From: Ignavibacteriota bacterium
Lineage (GTDB): Bacteria > Bacteroidota > Ignavibacteria > Tepidaquicellales > Tepidaquicellaceae
Assembly: GCA_963748665.1 (NCBI GenBank)
Contig: CAVVJW010000036.1
Span: 19,655 to 83,654, forward strand
Reading direction: 5' to 3'
Length of the DNA stretch: 64,000 bases
The notes below the pieces were generated by a model, which did not search any database, was not told the DNA's origin, and saw nothing but the letters and a program-made list of their open reading frames with translations. Position numbers and translations under genes: made by a program. The stretch's first letter is position 1. Every line of letters begins with the position of its first letter. Of this stretch, positions 50,569 to 59,969 are shown piece by piece.

Positions 50569-50961
50569 TTACTGGAAAAATTTATATATTATGTTTACTA
50601 CTGAAGCAATAGCAATAACAATTAAAGCATATCCTATATACATACCAAGCGGTGTTCTTTCTTCGTATTTAAAAACAGGTTCCATCAGTTTCTTATGCGT
50701 GATTTTATTTTCTCTGATTGCAAGAATCATTGAAACTATACCGAGAATTATTAATGCGAGACCGATAAATTTTGAATTCTTGAATGTACTCTGTCCGCCA
50801 GTCTTATCCGCAACCTCGTATATTCCTATACCGAATCCTATCAATGACAGTGCTGTCCTTACCCATGCCATCATCGTCCGTTCGGATGCGGCATGACTTC
50901 TTTCTTTTGCAAGTTCTGTGTTAATGTTTGCCGGGTTTGATTTATTTTCTTCTTCGTTCAT
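50569..50961 (-). CDS. DUF202 (YidH-like) membrane protein
   Basis: 130 aa. Contains ASERTMMAWVRTALSLIGFG and three TM segments. Confidence 0.7.
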   Translation of the reverse strand: MNEEENKSNPANINTELAKERSHAASERTMMAWVRTALSLIGFGIGIYEVADKTGGQSTFKNSKFIGLALIILGIVSMILAIRENKITHKKLMEPVFKYEERTPLGMYIGYALIVIAIASVVNIIYKFFQ

Positions 50962-51020
50962 ATTTATAAAAAGTATTTAAATTTTCATTTTATTTTATTC
51001 ACTGCTTAAACCATTTGTGT

Positions 51021-51072
51021 AAAAAATAAATGTGAGCCCTGATATCTGTTTTGCTGATATCATTGCTCACAT
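51021..51072 (-). terminator. Nested hairpin terminator of 51102-51784
   Basis: atgtgagc (51030-51037) / gctcacat (51065-51072), with an inner gatatc pair. Followed by ttatttttt on the minus strand. Confidence 0.7.
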
Positions 51073-51101
51073 AAAAGTTTTGAATTTCGGTATTCTACAA
51101 A

Positions 51102-51784
51102 CTATTTTACTATATTATCTCTTATCATATTATCAACCAATGCTCTTGCGAGTGAGGTTGATGATTCTTTCAGATTAGTCACGTTCATTGTTTCTGATTT
51201 TGCCGCCCAGAGAAGGTCGTCAGCATTAATGTCGAATAATCTTGTTTCGATATAAACATTTTTTGTTTCAACATAATATCCCGGTGTACTTACAACACCG
51301 TAAGTATTATACGAGTAACCGTAGAATCCGCGGTATCCGCCGTAATATCCGCCGTATCCGCCGTAGTATGCGGGCTGGTAATATGTCTGACCCGGAACAT
51401 ACTGTGTCTTTTCTTTTACATCAAGCAATGATACTACAATGGCTCCGTCATAACCGCCGTCTGTCAGCATTTTAATAAGCTTCATCACGTTTTGTAGAAT
51501 CAATCTGACCGTCCTGATTTTTACCGGTCTTGGTAAGGTCCAGAATACTTGAACTGGTTGTACTATTGATTTTTTGATAACTTAATTCTTTCACAATCGC
51601 TGATTCAACTGTATTTCTTTTAATCAGTATCATTAGAAATTGCGACAACAAGAATTTTTTTGAAAACTTTTCCTTTGTAACTTGGTTTCGTCCACGTGCC
51701 TGATATATCCGTAACAGAACCGGTACAGGAACTAAGAACTATTGCCATTACAAACAGAACTGAAACTAATAATAATTTTTTCAT
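51102..51784 (-). CDS. Lipoprotein with a Tyr/Gly-rich segment (DUF4136-like, related to 47722-48337); two frame breaks
   Basis: ATG 51784 gives MKKLLLVSVLFVMAIVLSSC (lipobox). A middle frame reads IKRNTVESAIVKELSYQK... ORF 51102-51503 contains YYGGYGGYYGGYRGFYGYSY. Breaks at about 51630 and 51490. Confidence 0.55.
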
Positions 51785-52096
51785 TTTTGTATTCCTTTGT
51801 ATTTGTTTTTTGATAATGTTTAATCTATACTTATTTTAAAAATTTAAAACTATTCAAAAATCCAACACAGAGTACATCCGCATTGCGTCATAAGTATTGT
51901 AACCTTAGTATAAAGTTAAAAAAGGTTACTTATAGTTTTATTATTTAAAATGAATATCAATCAATATAATTCATTTTATTTAACAGAATCTTATTTGGAA
52001 AAAGGATTGCTAAGAATCAGTACTAACTAATCAACCTGCGGGCTATGGTTTGTTTTGAGGAAATTTTGTTTTAATCGTTTTACAAAATTCGTCAGG

Positions 52097-54400
52097 TTAT
52101 TTCACCGTTAACTTTTCTATGTAGTTTAACAGTTTGATTCCATCTTGGTTTGACGGGTACTTCTTCTTGATTTCTTCTGCAAATTTCCTTGCAGTCCGGT
52201 ATTCCTGCTTCTTAATATAAAAATCAGATAACGCATATAATATTTCAAATTCATCGGGGGAAAATGAATAAGCTTTCATCAGGTTCGATTCAGCTTTTGA
52301 AAAATTTTGAAGGTATTGATAAATAATTCCAAGGTTATAATATATTTTCTTGTTGGAAGAATTTATTATTACCCCTTTTTCAAGAACGTCTGCAGCTTCA
52401 TTGTACTTTTTTTGCTCGGCATAAAGCAAACCGAGGTAATAGTAACCTTCAGAATATTCAGGATGATTTTTTATCAGGTTTATAAAAAGTTTTTCTGCAT
52501 TTTCAAAAGCCCCGGTATTGTAATATAACATCGCCAGATTCGATTTTGCGGGATAAAACATACTGTCCATTTTTATCGCATTGTTATATAAGAAAATTGC
52601 TTTCGGATAATGGCCCCTATCAGCATAGAAATTACCAAGATTGTATTTACCAGTCGGAAAATCTTCTGTATATAATATTGTGGAAAGATATTCTTCTAAT
52701 ATTTTTGAAAGCAGTTCAAATTGCTCCGTTGTAAAGTTCTCTTTTGTTACTGCTGATAGTTTAGAGGCAGCTGCAATTCGTACCATTTTTACCGGGTCAT
52801 TCAGCAGATTAACTATATTATGCACAAAAACAGCCGTACTATTGCTGCTGTATGCGTAAATTGCTGCTTCACGCATAAGAGGCTCTGCAGCGGTCAGCAT
52901 TTCCTGTATTAATGAAACCGCATCAGGATTATTAATGTAAGCAGAAAGATATTGTATAGCAGTAGCTCTTACAATTTCAGGGTAAAGGTCGCTCTTAATT
53001 ATCCTTATCAAAGATGTGTCGGTACCGGCTTTTTGGAGTGACCCCTCTATAAGCGCAATTTCGTATGTGTATTTTCTGTTTTCACCAAAATACTTTTCTA
53101 TATAATTCTCAGACCATTGATTACTCTTGTCAGCATGACAGGTGTTGCAAGCATTTGGGACATTATATTTTATCGATAAATCAGGACGTGGAATCCTTAA
53201 ACTGTGGTCTCTCCTGAAATCAATCCCCATGTAATATCTGCCCGGCATGTGACAATTAACGCAAAGCACCCCTTCACCAACAGGGACTTTTTCTCCGAAT
53301 ATATTGGTTACGGGGTTTCCTGTTTCATTCTTATATTTATGGAAATGATGTCTGTAGGTATCGAATTCTTCGGTTTTATGGCATTGAGTGCAAAGAGCGT
53401 TGCCTTCAAATTTGAATTTTAAGCTGTGCGAATCATGGCAGTCACTGCACTTAACGTCATGCATATACATTTTGCTTTGAATGAATGATCCATACTCATA
53501 ATTTTCTTCAAGTATTTGACCATCTGCATAGTAAGCAGGTGTGGAAATGTTTGAAGGACGATATTTATTGAAATAATTACTTTCGATATGTCCATCAGGA
53601 CCAAAAGAAGTTCTTCTTGAATGACACGGTGCACAAGCATCAACGTATTGCTTAGATGTCGTTCCTCTTGTTTTCAATACTAATCCTTTGGTATCTTCAC
53701 TCTCTTCTGAGCCCTTGCCTGTCTTTGCCCATACAAGATGTTTAGAACCCGGACCGTGGCATGATTCGCAGTTTACATCAATATCTGACCATGTTGTGCC
53801 GTAAGAATCGTTTTCGGGATTATAGTTTTTTTGAAGGTTTGTTGAATGACATTCTGCGCACATACCGTTCCAGTTCTGTGACTGATTCGTCCAATAAAAG
53901 TAACTGTGAGGTATAAGCTCCTCAGAACTGTAAACCATTGAAGCCATATCGAACCACTTCTTTTTCTCCGTATCCCATGCTATAGGCAGACACTGATATT
54001 TGCCTTTTTCAAAAGGAACAAGATACTGCTGAAGCGGCTTAATGCCGAATGTATATTTCACTTCATATTCAGCCATGTTTCCGCCCTCACCTTTTGTGAA
54101 GACAAAGAATTTTCCGTCTCTTTTATAAAATTTATGTTTTGTTCCGCTCAATTCCAATTCAGCATTGTTGAAATCACCGAGGACAGTACTATCAGATGCG
54201 GCATCCATTGAATTATCGTGATTGGATTTTTTCCATAAATTATATTCACGTATGTGACAGCTTATGCACTCTTTTCCCCCGACAAAAACCGCCTTCTCAT
54301 CCGGTATTTTCCTGTTTATTTTTTGCATCAGCAGGGATAAGGGAATCATAAGAATTATTATTAAAATAGAAACTATGCCTGTTTTTTTCCAGTTGTCCAT
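52097..54400 (-). CDS. Octahaem c-type cytochrome fused to C-terminal TPR repeats
   Basis: 767 aa with eight CxxCH motifs (CISCH, CAECH, CESCH, CAPCH, CSDCH, CTQCH, CVNCH, CNTCH). The C-terminal third is TPR-like (YYNLG..Y...A...). Confidence 0.8.
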   Translation of the reverse strand: MDNWKKTGIVSILIIILMIPLSLLMQKINRKIPDEKAVFVGGKECISCHIREYNLWKKSNHDNSMDAASDSTVLGDFNNAELELSGTKHKFYKRDGKFFVFTKGEGGNMAEYEVKYTFGIKPLQQYLVPFEKGKYQCLPIAWDTEKKKWFDMASMVYSSEELIPHSYFYWTNQSQNWNGMCAECHSTNLQKNYNPENDSYGTTWSDIDVNCESCHGPGSKHLVWAKTGKGSEESEDTKGLVLKTRGTTSKQYVDACAPCHSRRTSFGPDGHIESNYFNKYRPSNISTPAYYADGQILEENYEYGSFIQSKMYMHDVKCSDCHDSHSLKFKFEGNALCTQCHKTEEFDTYRHHFHKYKNETGNPVTNIFGEKVPVGEGVLCVNCHMPGRYYMGIDFRRDHSLRIPRPDLSIKYNVPNACNTCHADKSNQWSENYIEKYFGENRKYTYEIALIEGSLQKAGTDTSLIRIIKSDLYPEIVRATAIQYLSAYINNPDAVSLIQEMLTAAEPLMREAAIYAYSSNSTAVFVHNIVNLLNDPVKMVRIAAASKLSAVTKENFTTEQFELLSKILEEYLSTILYTEDFPTGKYNLGNFYADRGHYPKAIFLYNNAIKMDSMFYPAKSNLAMLYYNTGAFENAEKLFINLIKNHPEYSEGYYYLGLLYAEQKKYNEAADVLEKGVIINSSNKKIYYNLGIIYQYLQNFSKAESNLMKAYSFSPDEFEILYALSDFYIKKQEYRTARKFAEEIKKKYPSNQDGIKLLNYIEKLTVK

Positions 54401-54401
54401 T

Positions 54402-54944
54402 CTATGCGTACGTTACTTGTGATTTATCAAATCTTTTTCTCGAGATCTTGTTCCCAATATCTACTTTTACAATTCCATTTTCTATTAATACCGGAAAATA
54501 ATCCAGGGCCGAAGGTGCAGGCGGATTTAGTACTTCACCGTCAATTTTAAATGCCGAAGAATGACACGGACAGACAAATTGTTTTTTACCATCTTCCCAG
54601 TTTATTGAACATCCGAGATGTGTGCATCTGAGAGATAGTGCAAGAAACCCCCCATCAAGAAGCCGTGCCAGATAAAACCGCTTGTTTCTGAACGCTGTTA
54701 CAGAATTCTTTTGAAACGACTCCACAGCTCCGGCTTCTGTAAGCTGTTTAGGTTCTGTCTTGCGGCTATTTTCTTTTCCTGAAAACAAGAAGCCCAAGAA
54801 TACTGCTGCAAATTCAAACACCGCAACAGCCATAAGTCCTTTCCATAATTTTTTCAGAAAATCACGCCTGCTCTCATCTCTTGGAGGCAGGGGAATATTT
54901 GCTGCTTTTTTTGTCTTTAAGTTTTTATTATTCAGCTTTTTCAA
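54402..54944 (-). CDS. Rieske [2Fe-2S] protein
   Basis: 180 aa. Tat-like SRRDFLKKL and CTHLGC...CPCHSS. Confidence 0.85.
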   Translation of the reverse strand: MKKLNNKNLKTKKAANIPLPPRDESRRDFLKKLWKGLMAVAVFEFAAVFLGFLFSGKENSRKTEPKQLTEAGAVESFQKNSVTAFRNKRFYLARLLDGGFLALSLRCTHLGCSINWEDGKKQFVCPCHSSAFKIDGEVLNPPAPSALDYFPVLIENGIVKVDIGNKISRKRFDKSQVTYA

Positions 54945-54954
54945 TTATTCCTTT

Positions 54955-56298
54955 TTATATGTTCCATGAAAATGTTAATGACATATCAACTCCACGGAAA
55001 AATATCCCAATAAGGGTAAAAATTATGAAAGATGTTAATATAAATATAAATAGCGACTGTACTTTCTCTGTGGAATTCAATTCATATTTCTTAGAAACAA
55101 ATTTGTAAAATCCCCAAATTATAGCAATAGTAATTATCAGCGGAATAAGTCCGTTACTAATAAAAGAATTTACGGATGGCATGAGTGTTTCAAAGTCGGG
55201 TACGTATTCATTTACAATTACAAGCAAAGTGCTTGTAAGAAATGATACTACTGCAGAAAACTTTGCAGCTTTCTTTCCTTTCTCGGAATAAAACCAGAAA
55301 CCTGTCGGTTCCTCTTTTATTTTTATAAAAGGGAGTAATGCAAGCGCAGCCATAATAGCCATAGGAATAACGAATGCGGCAACAAAAGGATGAAAGTGCA
55401 TAAGCAGTTCTTGTATGCCTGCAAAATACCAAGGTGCTTTTGTCGGATTAAGGCTGTAATCAGGATTAGCTCTTCCCAGCAGGGGAGCGTTGAAAAAAAC
55501 AGAAAATATCAATATTACCGCCGTTAGTGCCAAAGCTGTTATGAATTCCCTGTAAATAAGGTCAGGATATGACGGAACTTGAATTTCTTCTTCGTTTGAC
55601 GAGGGAAGTATTATCCCCCCCGCTTTTCTTACCCGCCAAAAATGATAGAGCGACAATACCACAAGTAAAAAAGGAATCACCGCAGTATGAAGATTGTAAA
55701 ATATCAGTAATGTACTTTGATTAATCTCATCACCGCCTAGAATCATTTTTTTAACTCCTGTTCCAATTAAAGGAATGTAATCAAGAAGATTAGTACCCAC
55801 TGTAACAGCCCAGTATGCCAGCTGATCCCACGGTAAAAGATAACCTGTAAAATTTGAAAAGATGACAAAAATAAATAATCCGAGTCCGATTAACCAGTTA
55901 ACCTTTCTTGAAGCAAGAAAACCACCCGTAAAAAATACTCTAAGAAGATGAAGTAAAACTATTATTACGATAAAAACTCCGCACCAGTGATGTATATTTC
56001 TGACCAACTGTCCAAATAATACACTGTTCTGTATCATTAATATTGAATCGTAAGCTTTATGGGGAAAAGGTTCGTAATATAACCTTAGCATAACTCCGGT
56101 TATAATTTGTAGTATTATTAAATACGCAGCCATTCCTCCAAGCCCGAATGTACGAGTGAATGATATTGCTCTTTTATTAACATACTTCGGATGTAAATGT
56201 AATATTATTTCCGGTATTCTCTTGGATTTATTGTTTTTGAACATATCTTCTTTCAATTGCATGTTATTTATCTGAAGCGGGATATCCTCAGAATCCAA
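54955..56298 (-). CDS. Cytochrome b (b6/subunit-IV-type fusion) of a Rieske/cyt b complex
   Basis: 447 aa, polytopic. Contains LVRNIHHWCGVFIVIIVLLHLLRVFFTGGF and LPWDQLAYWA. Confidence 0.8.
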   Translation of the reverse strand: MDSEDIPLQINNMQLKEDMFKNNKSKRIPEIILHLHPKYVNKRAISFTRTFGLGGMAAYLIILQIITGVMLRLYYEPFPHKAYDSILMIQNSVLFGQLVRNIHHWCGVFIVIIVLLHLLRVFFTGGFLASRKVNWLIGLGLFIFVIFSNFTGYLLPWDQLAYWAVTVGTNLLDYIPLIGTGVKKMILGGDEINQSTLLIFYNLHTAVIPFLLVVLSLYHFWRVRKAGGIILPSSNEEEIQVPSYPDLIYREFITALALTAVILIFSVFFNAPLLGRANPDYSLNPTKAPWYFAGIQELLMHFHPFVAAFVIPMAIMAALALLPFIKIKEEPTGFWFYSEKGKKAAKFSAVVSFLTSTLLVIVNEYVPDFETLMPSVNSFISNGLIPLIITIAIIWGFYKFVSKKYELNSTEKVQSLFIFILTSFIIFTLIGIFFRGVDMSLTFSWNI

Positions 56299-56415
56299 TT
56301 TTTATTAAATATATGTTTCTAAACACCATTCTTATATTTCTCCGCAATTTAATTTACATTTTAATTTTAATTTTAATAAGACCCCTTAAATTGATATTTT
56401 AAAACTCAAATACTT

Positions 56416-56600
56416 TTAAAAATCAAATATAAACTTTAAATGAATCTGCGGGTTATTCGAAAAGTATCCGTAATAATAATCACTTCTTGCGTATAAGAAT
56501 TATATTTTCGCCATAAAATTATAAACAGTATAATATAAATAAAATTTACAGTTACATATTGTCCCTGCTTATATACTCCCGGGGCTTATCCAGCAGATAG
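56416..56600 (-). pseudogene. Degraded relic of a porin 3' end (paralog of 42685-43879)
   Basis: 56416-56600 aligns by eye with 42685-42870 (..gaatctg.gg.ttat...a..agtatccgt..ta.t.atc.cttcttgc.tata.gaatt...catattgtcc.g.tt.tata...tcccgg). No open frame remains. Confidence 0.6.
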
Positions 56601-56619
56601 CGGTTTATATTGACTTTAT

Positions 56620-57624
56620 TTACTCACTTTCCTTTAACCGTTTAACACCTTCAAGAAGCGGATGCCATCCGTAAACAAGTGTTACCATAAATCCATCCAT
56701 TCGCAGTGCATCAGAGGCATTATCGTTAATTGTTGATTTGTAACCAAAAGTTAGGTTCAGGTTATCATTAATCTGGTATCCCAGTGTTAATCCGAGACCA
56801 ATATTGTTAAGTTTTGTTCCCTTTGATGTATCTATAGTTGCCTGACCACCGTTAAACCATGCACCATCAAGCGATGCCCAGAAGTTATGAGTAATATCTC
56901 GCGAAATATGAGCATCTAATTGAAAGATAGGGTCCGTCTTCATCGTCTTTCCAAGATAATTATTGTTATTTCCGAAAAGCCATACTGCAGGTATGAACTC
57001 CAGAGTCGTACGCTTGCCCGGTACCCACGGACCTATTTGCCAGATAATCGGTGTGCCTATTCTTCCATACCAACGATTCTGTCCAATGTTTAACGCCTGT
57101 TCACTGTTGTATTCGCCCACAGGAAAAGCTATATCCATCAGAAAGTCAAGAGAGAATCCCGGTTCATAACGCAATACATCCGGAATACTTCTTTGAACTT
57201 TTTTACCGATTAAATTAATATTAAACTCAAGCATCGGGTCGCCAAATCCTTTTGCAGGCGGCTCTGAGGACGTTAATCCGGCTACCGTAACATCTCCTGA
57301 AATACGGCCTACCGGGAATATTACTGAAAGCATAGTTGACCTATCGAACAATGGTAAAAATTTCGCGTACCCAAACATTGCCATCGTTGCATTTACGTTA
57401 CCCCCCGCTTTTACGTTATGTGAGGGGTCAAACGGATTTGTATTACCGCTGATTGATTCAATAATCAACGGTACACCGTTAGCCCCCGCTAAAGTCTTCC
57501 AATAAAAACGTGCAGGTACCTGTGAGAAGCTTTGCTCTGGAATCAACACTGTTATCGATAGCAGAAAAATAACAGCATACAATTTAAAGATCATTTTTAT
57601 TTTTGATAAGATATAATCTTTCAT
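56620..57624 (-). CDS. Outer-membrane transporter-type beta-barrel (MetA-pathway/phenol-degradation-like family, tentative)
   Basis: 334 aa with a signal peptide. The pattern FYWKTLAGANGVPLI...GNTNPFDP is recalled from that family. Confidence 0.4.
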   Translation of the reverse strand: MKDYILSKIKMIFKLYAVIFLLSITVLIPEQSFSQVPARFYWKTLAGANGVPLIIESISGNTNPFDPSHNVKAGGNVNATMAMFGYAKFLPLFDRSTMLSVIFPVGRISGDVTVAGLTSSEPPAKGFGDPMLEFNINLIGKKVQRSIPDVLRYEPGFSLDFLMDIAFPVGEYNSEQALNIGQNRWYGRIGTPIIWQIGPWVPGKRTTLEFIPAVWLFGNNNNYLGKTMKTDPIFQLDAHISRDITHNFWASLDGAWFNGGQATIDTSKGTKLNNIGLGLTLGYQINDNLNLTFGYKSTINDNASDALRMDGFMVTLVYGWHPLLEGVKRLKESE

Positions 57625-57674
57625 AAGTTTACCTTCTATATTTATAAAGCGTTAATTTTTTATCAACTGTTCTA

Positions 57675-59561
57675 TTACTTTGGTTTGGCCAGCATATTCT
57701 GCGGCGGTACAAACTGTCGTTCATAAATAAGCGGCGGGAAGCCAGCTTCAACCGGTACACGCTGCGGAAGCGCATCATCCAAAGTTTCAAACGGAGAACG
57801 GCTCGGAATTATAACATTATTATTTTTTACATATTCATCCCAGAGTTTAAGTAGAGCTGCTAATTTTTCAGGCTGCTCTTTTGCAAGATCTTTTCGTTCT
57901 CCTTTATCAGAAGCTAAATTGAAAAGTTCCCATTCTTCCGTACCAAGCGGTTTATATTCCCATCGGATTTTCCAATCTCCCTGTACTAAAGCACGGTTAC
58001 CGAATATTTCCCATGCAATGTAATCCTTTTCAGTTCGTGGTGATTCTGTTTTACCCGATAACATCGGAAGCCAGGATTTACCAATCAGTGGAGGCAGTTC
58101 ACGGCCGTCTTCAAATTTCTCGGGATATTTAACATTTGCAATTTCGAGTAAAGTCGGCATTATATCTGCAACGTGCATCTGCCCGTGGTTTATGCTTCCT
58201 GGAGTACGTTTGACGTTGGGACCACTTACAATAAGAGCATTCCTTACACCGCCTTCTCCTACCCAGCCTTTATACTGACTGAATGGCGTCATTGAGACCT
58301 GCGCCCACATTGGACCATAAGCGACATACGATCCCGGATCACCCCATGCATTTGGGTCGGTAACTGACCAATTCGCTGCTGCAAAAAGAAAATTAAGAGT
58401 ACCCGGTGTTCCGGCAATACTTTTGAAAAGATCTGTTCCTTCAGCTCCATTATCACCGAAGAATATAAAGATAGTGTTTTCATATTCACCGATTTTCTTC
58501 AGGTAGTCAATCAATCTTCCTATGTGAAAATCCATATTTTCAACCATACCTGCGTAGAGCTCCATTTTCTTGCCGAGCATTGCTCTTGCTGCAGGAGCCA
58601 GGACTATCGGATCCGGAAGGAACCACATTCTTTCAGCAAGCTGAGTACCGGCAGGCATAATACCAAGTTCAATTTGTTTTTTTAGTCGTTCCTGTCTTAC
58701 CGCATCCCAACCCTTATCGTATTCGGCAACGTGACGATTGCGCCAATCTTTGGGAAGATGATAAGGATCATGAGGTGCCTGATGCGACACGTATGCAAAA
58801 AACGGTTTCCCGTCTTTTCTGTTATTTTCAATAAATCCAATCATCTTATCAGTGTATGTTTCTGTGGCGTAATAATCACCGGGAAGTTCGGTAAGATATT
58901 TTCCATCCTCTGTATAAGTTGATTTTGGAGAGGTTGCTGTGAAGTTTGTCATATCCCAATAACTTCCTGCTCCATCCAGCAATGCAAAATCACGCTCAAA
59001 ACCTCTGGCTGACGGTATCAAATCAGGTGATTTTCCCATATGCCATTTACCAGCCATGTAAGTATGATAACCGGATTGCTTAAGCAAAAGAGGCAAGGTA
59101 GTAACTTGTTTGTTCAGGTGACCTTCATAACCTTTCACACCATTCTGGTTAGGTGCAGTCCATTCACCCATATTGCCAAGTCCGTTTAAGTGAGTATCAA
59201 CACCGCTCAATAGCATAGACCTTGTCGGCGAACAACTTGCGTGTGTGTAGAAGTTAGTAAAACGTGTTCCTGCATTTGACAGTCTATCCAAATTTGGTGT
59301 TTTGATTTCACTGCCAAAAGAACCCATATCAGAATAGCCCATATCATCTGCCAGAATTATTACAATGTTTGGCCGGCGCTGTTTCTCTTGTGCAAAACCA
59401 TTTGATGAAGCAGTAATTAATATCATTACCACAATAATGAATGTGAGATGAATAATTTTCAGTAACCGGCTTAAACTTTTTAGTTTTTTGTTTTCCGGAA
59501 ACCTATAACCAATAACCTCAGAATCGTTTGAAAATTTCAAATTTCTTACTTCTTTTACCAT
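57675..59561 (-). CDS. Cys-type arylsulfatase 2
   Basis: 628 aa. Contains ILADDMGYSDMG, CSPTRSMLLSG and GKWHMG. The real start may be internal, because the signal peptide follows residue 27. Confidence 0.85.
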   Translation of the reverse strand: MVKEVRNLKFSNDSEVIGYRFPENKKLKSLSRLLKIIHLTFIIVVMILITASSNGFAQEKQRRPNIVIILADDMGYSDMGSFGSEIKTPNLDRLSNAGTRFTNFYTHASCSPTRSMLLSGVDTHLNGLGNMGEWTAPNQNGVKGYEGHLNKQVTTLPLLLKQSGYHTYMAGKWHMGKSPDLIPSARGFERDFALLDGAGSYWDMTNFTATSPKSTYTEDGKYLTELPGDYYATETYTDKMIGFIENNRKDGKPFFAYVSHQAPHDPYHLPKDWRNRHVAEYDKGWDAVRQERLKKQIELGIMPAGTQLAERMWFLPDPIVLAPAARAMLGKKMELYAGMVENMDFHIGRLIDYLKKIGEYENTIFIFFGDNGAEGTDLFKSIAGTPGTLNFLFAAANWSVTDPNAWGDPGSYVAYGPMWAQVSMTPFSQYKGWVGEGGVRNALIVSGPNVKRTPGSINHGQMHVADIMPTLLEIANVKYPEKFEDGRELPPLIGKSWLPMLSGKTESPRTEKDYIAWEIFGNRALVQGDWKIRWEYKPLGTEEWELFNLASDKGERKDLAKEQPEKLAALLKLWDEYVKNNNVIIPSRSPFETLDDALPQRVPVEAGFPPLIYERQFVPPQNMLAKPK

Positions 59562-59969
59562 GCTAGTACTCCTTCATAAATAAAGAATCATTTAATTTCT
59601 TGATATAGACTGTAATGTTATTATTTTTCTAAGAAACACAAACGTGTTTTTAGAAATTTAATTTTATAACTAAACAAATTTATACGATCTAAGTTGTTAA
59701 TACAACATATTTTTCTATACACATATCTTTGCGCATTGCGTCATAAAAAATGTAACCATGAGATAAGCAAAAACATCCGCATTGTGTCATAAGCACATCT
59801 CTCCAAAATAAATATAATATTTAATAGAACACTGATAAACACTGATAAAACGGACTATAACTGATTTTTCTATAGCGTATTTGCTATTACACAAGAAAGA
59901 CAATGATTGGGCGAATCATCGGTTTGTTATGTATAATGAGAATGCCGTATTGGCTAATTATTTTTTTCA

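Noticed and set aside
59886-59969. 27-codon ORF immediately after the maturase stop (MKKIISQYGILIIHNKPM...).
   Set aside because: It is short, has no coupling signal beyond proximity, lies in an AT-rich spacer, and is not conserved with anything in the window.
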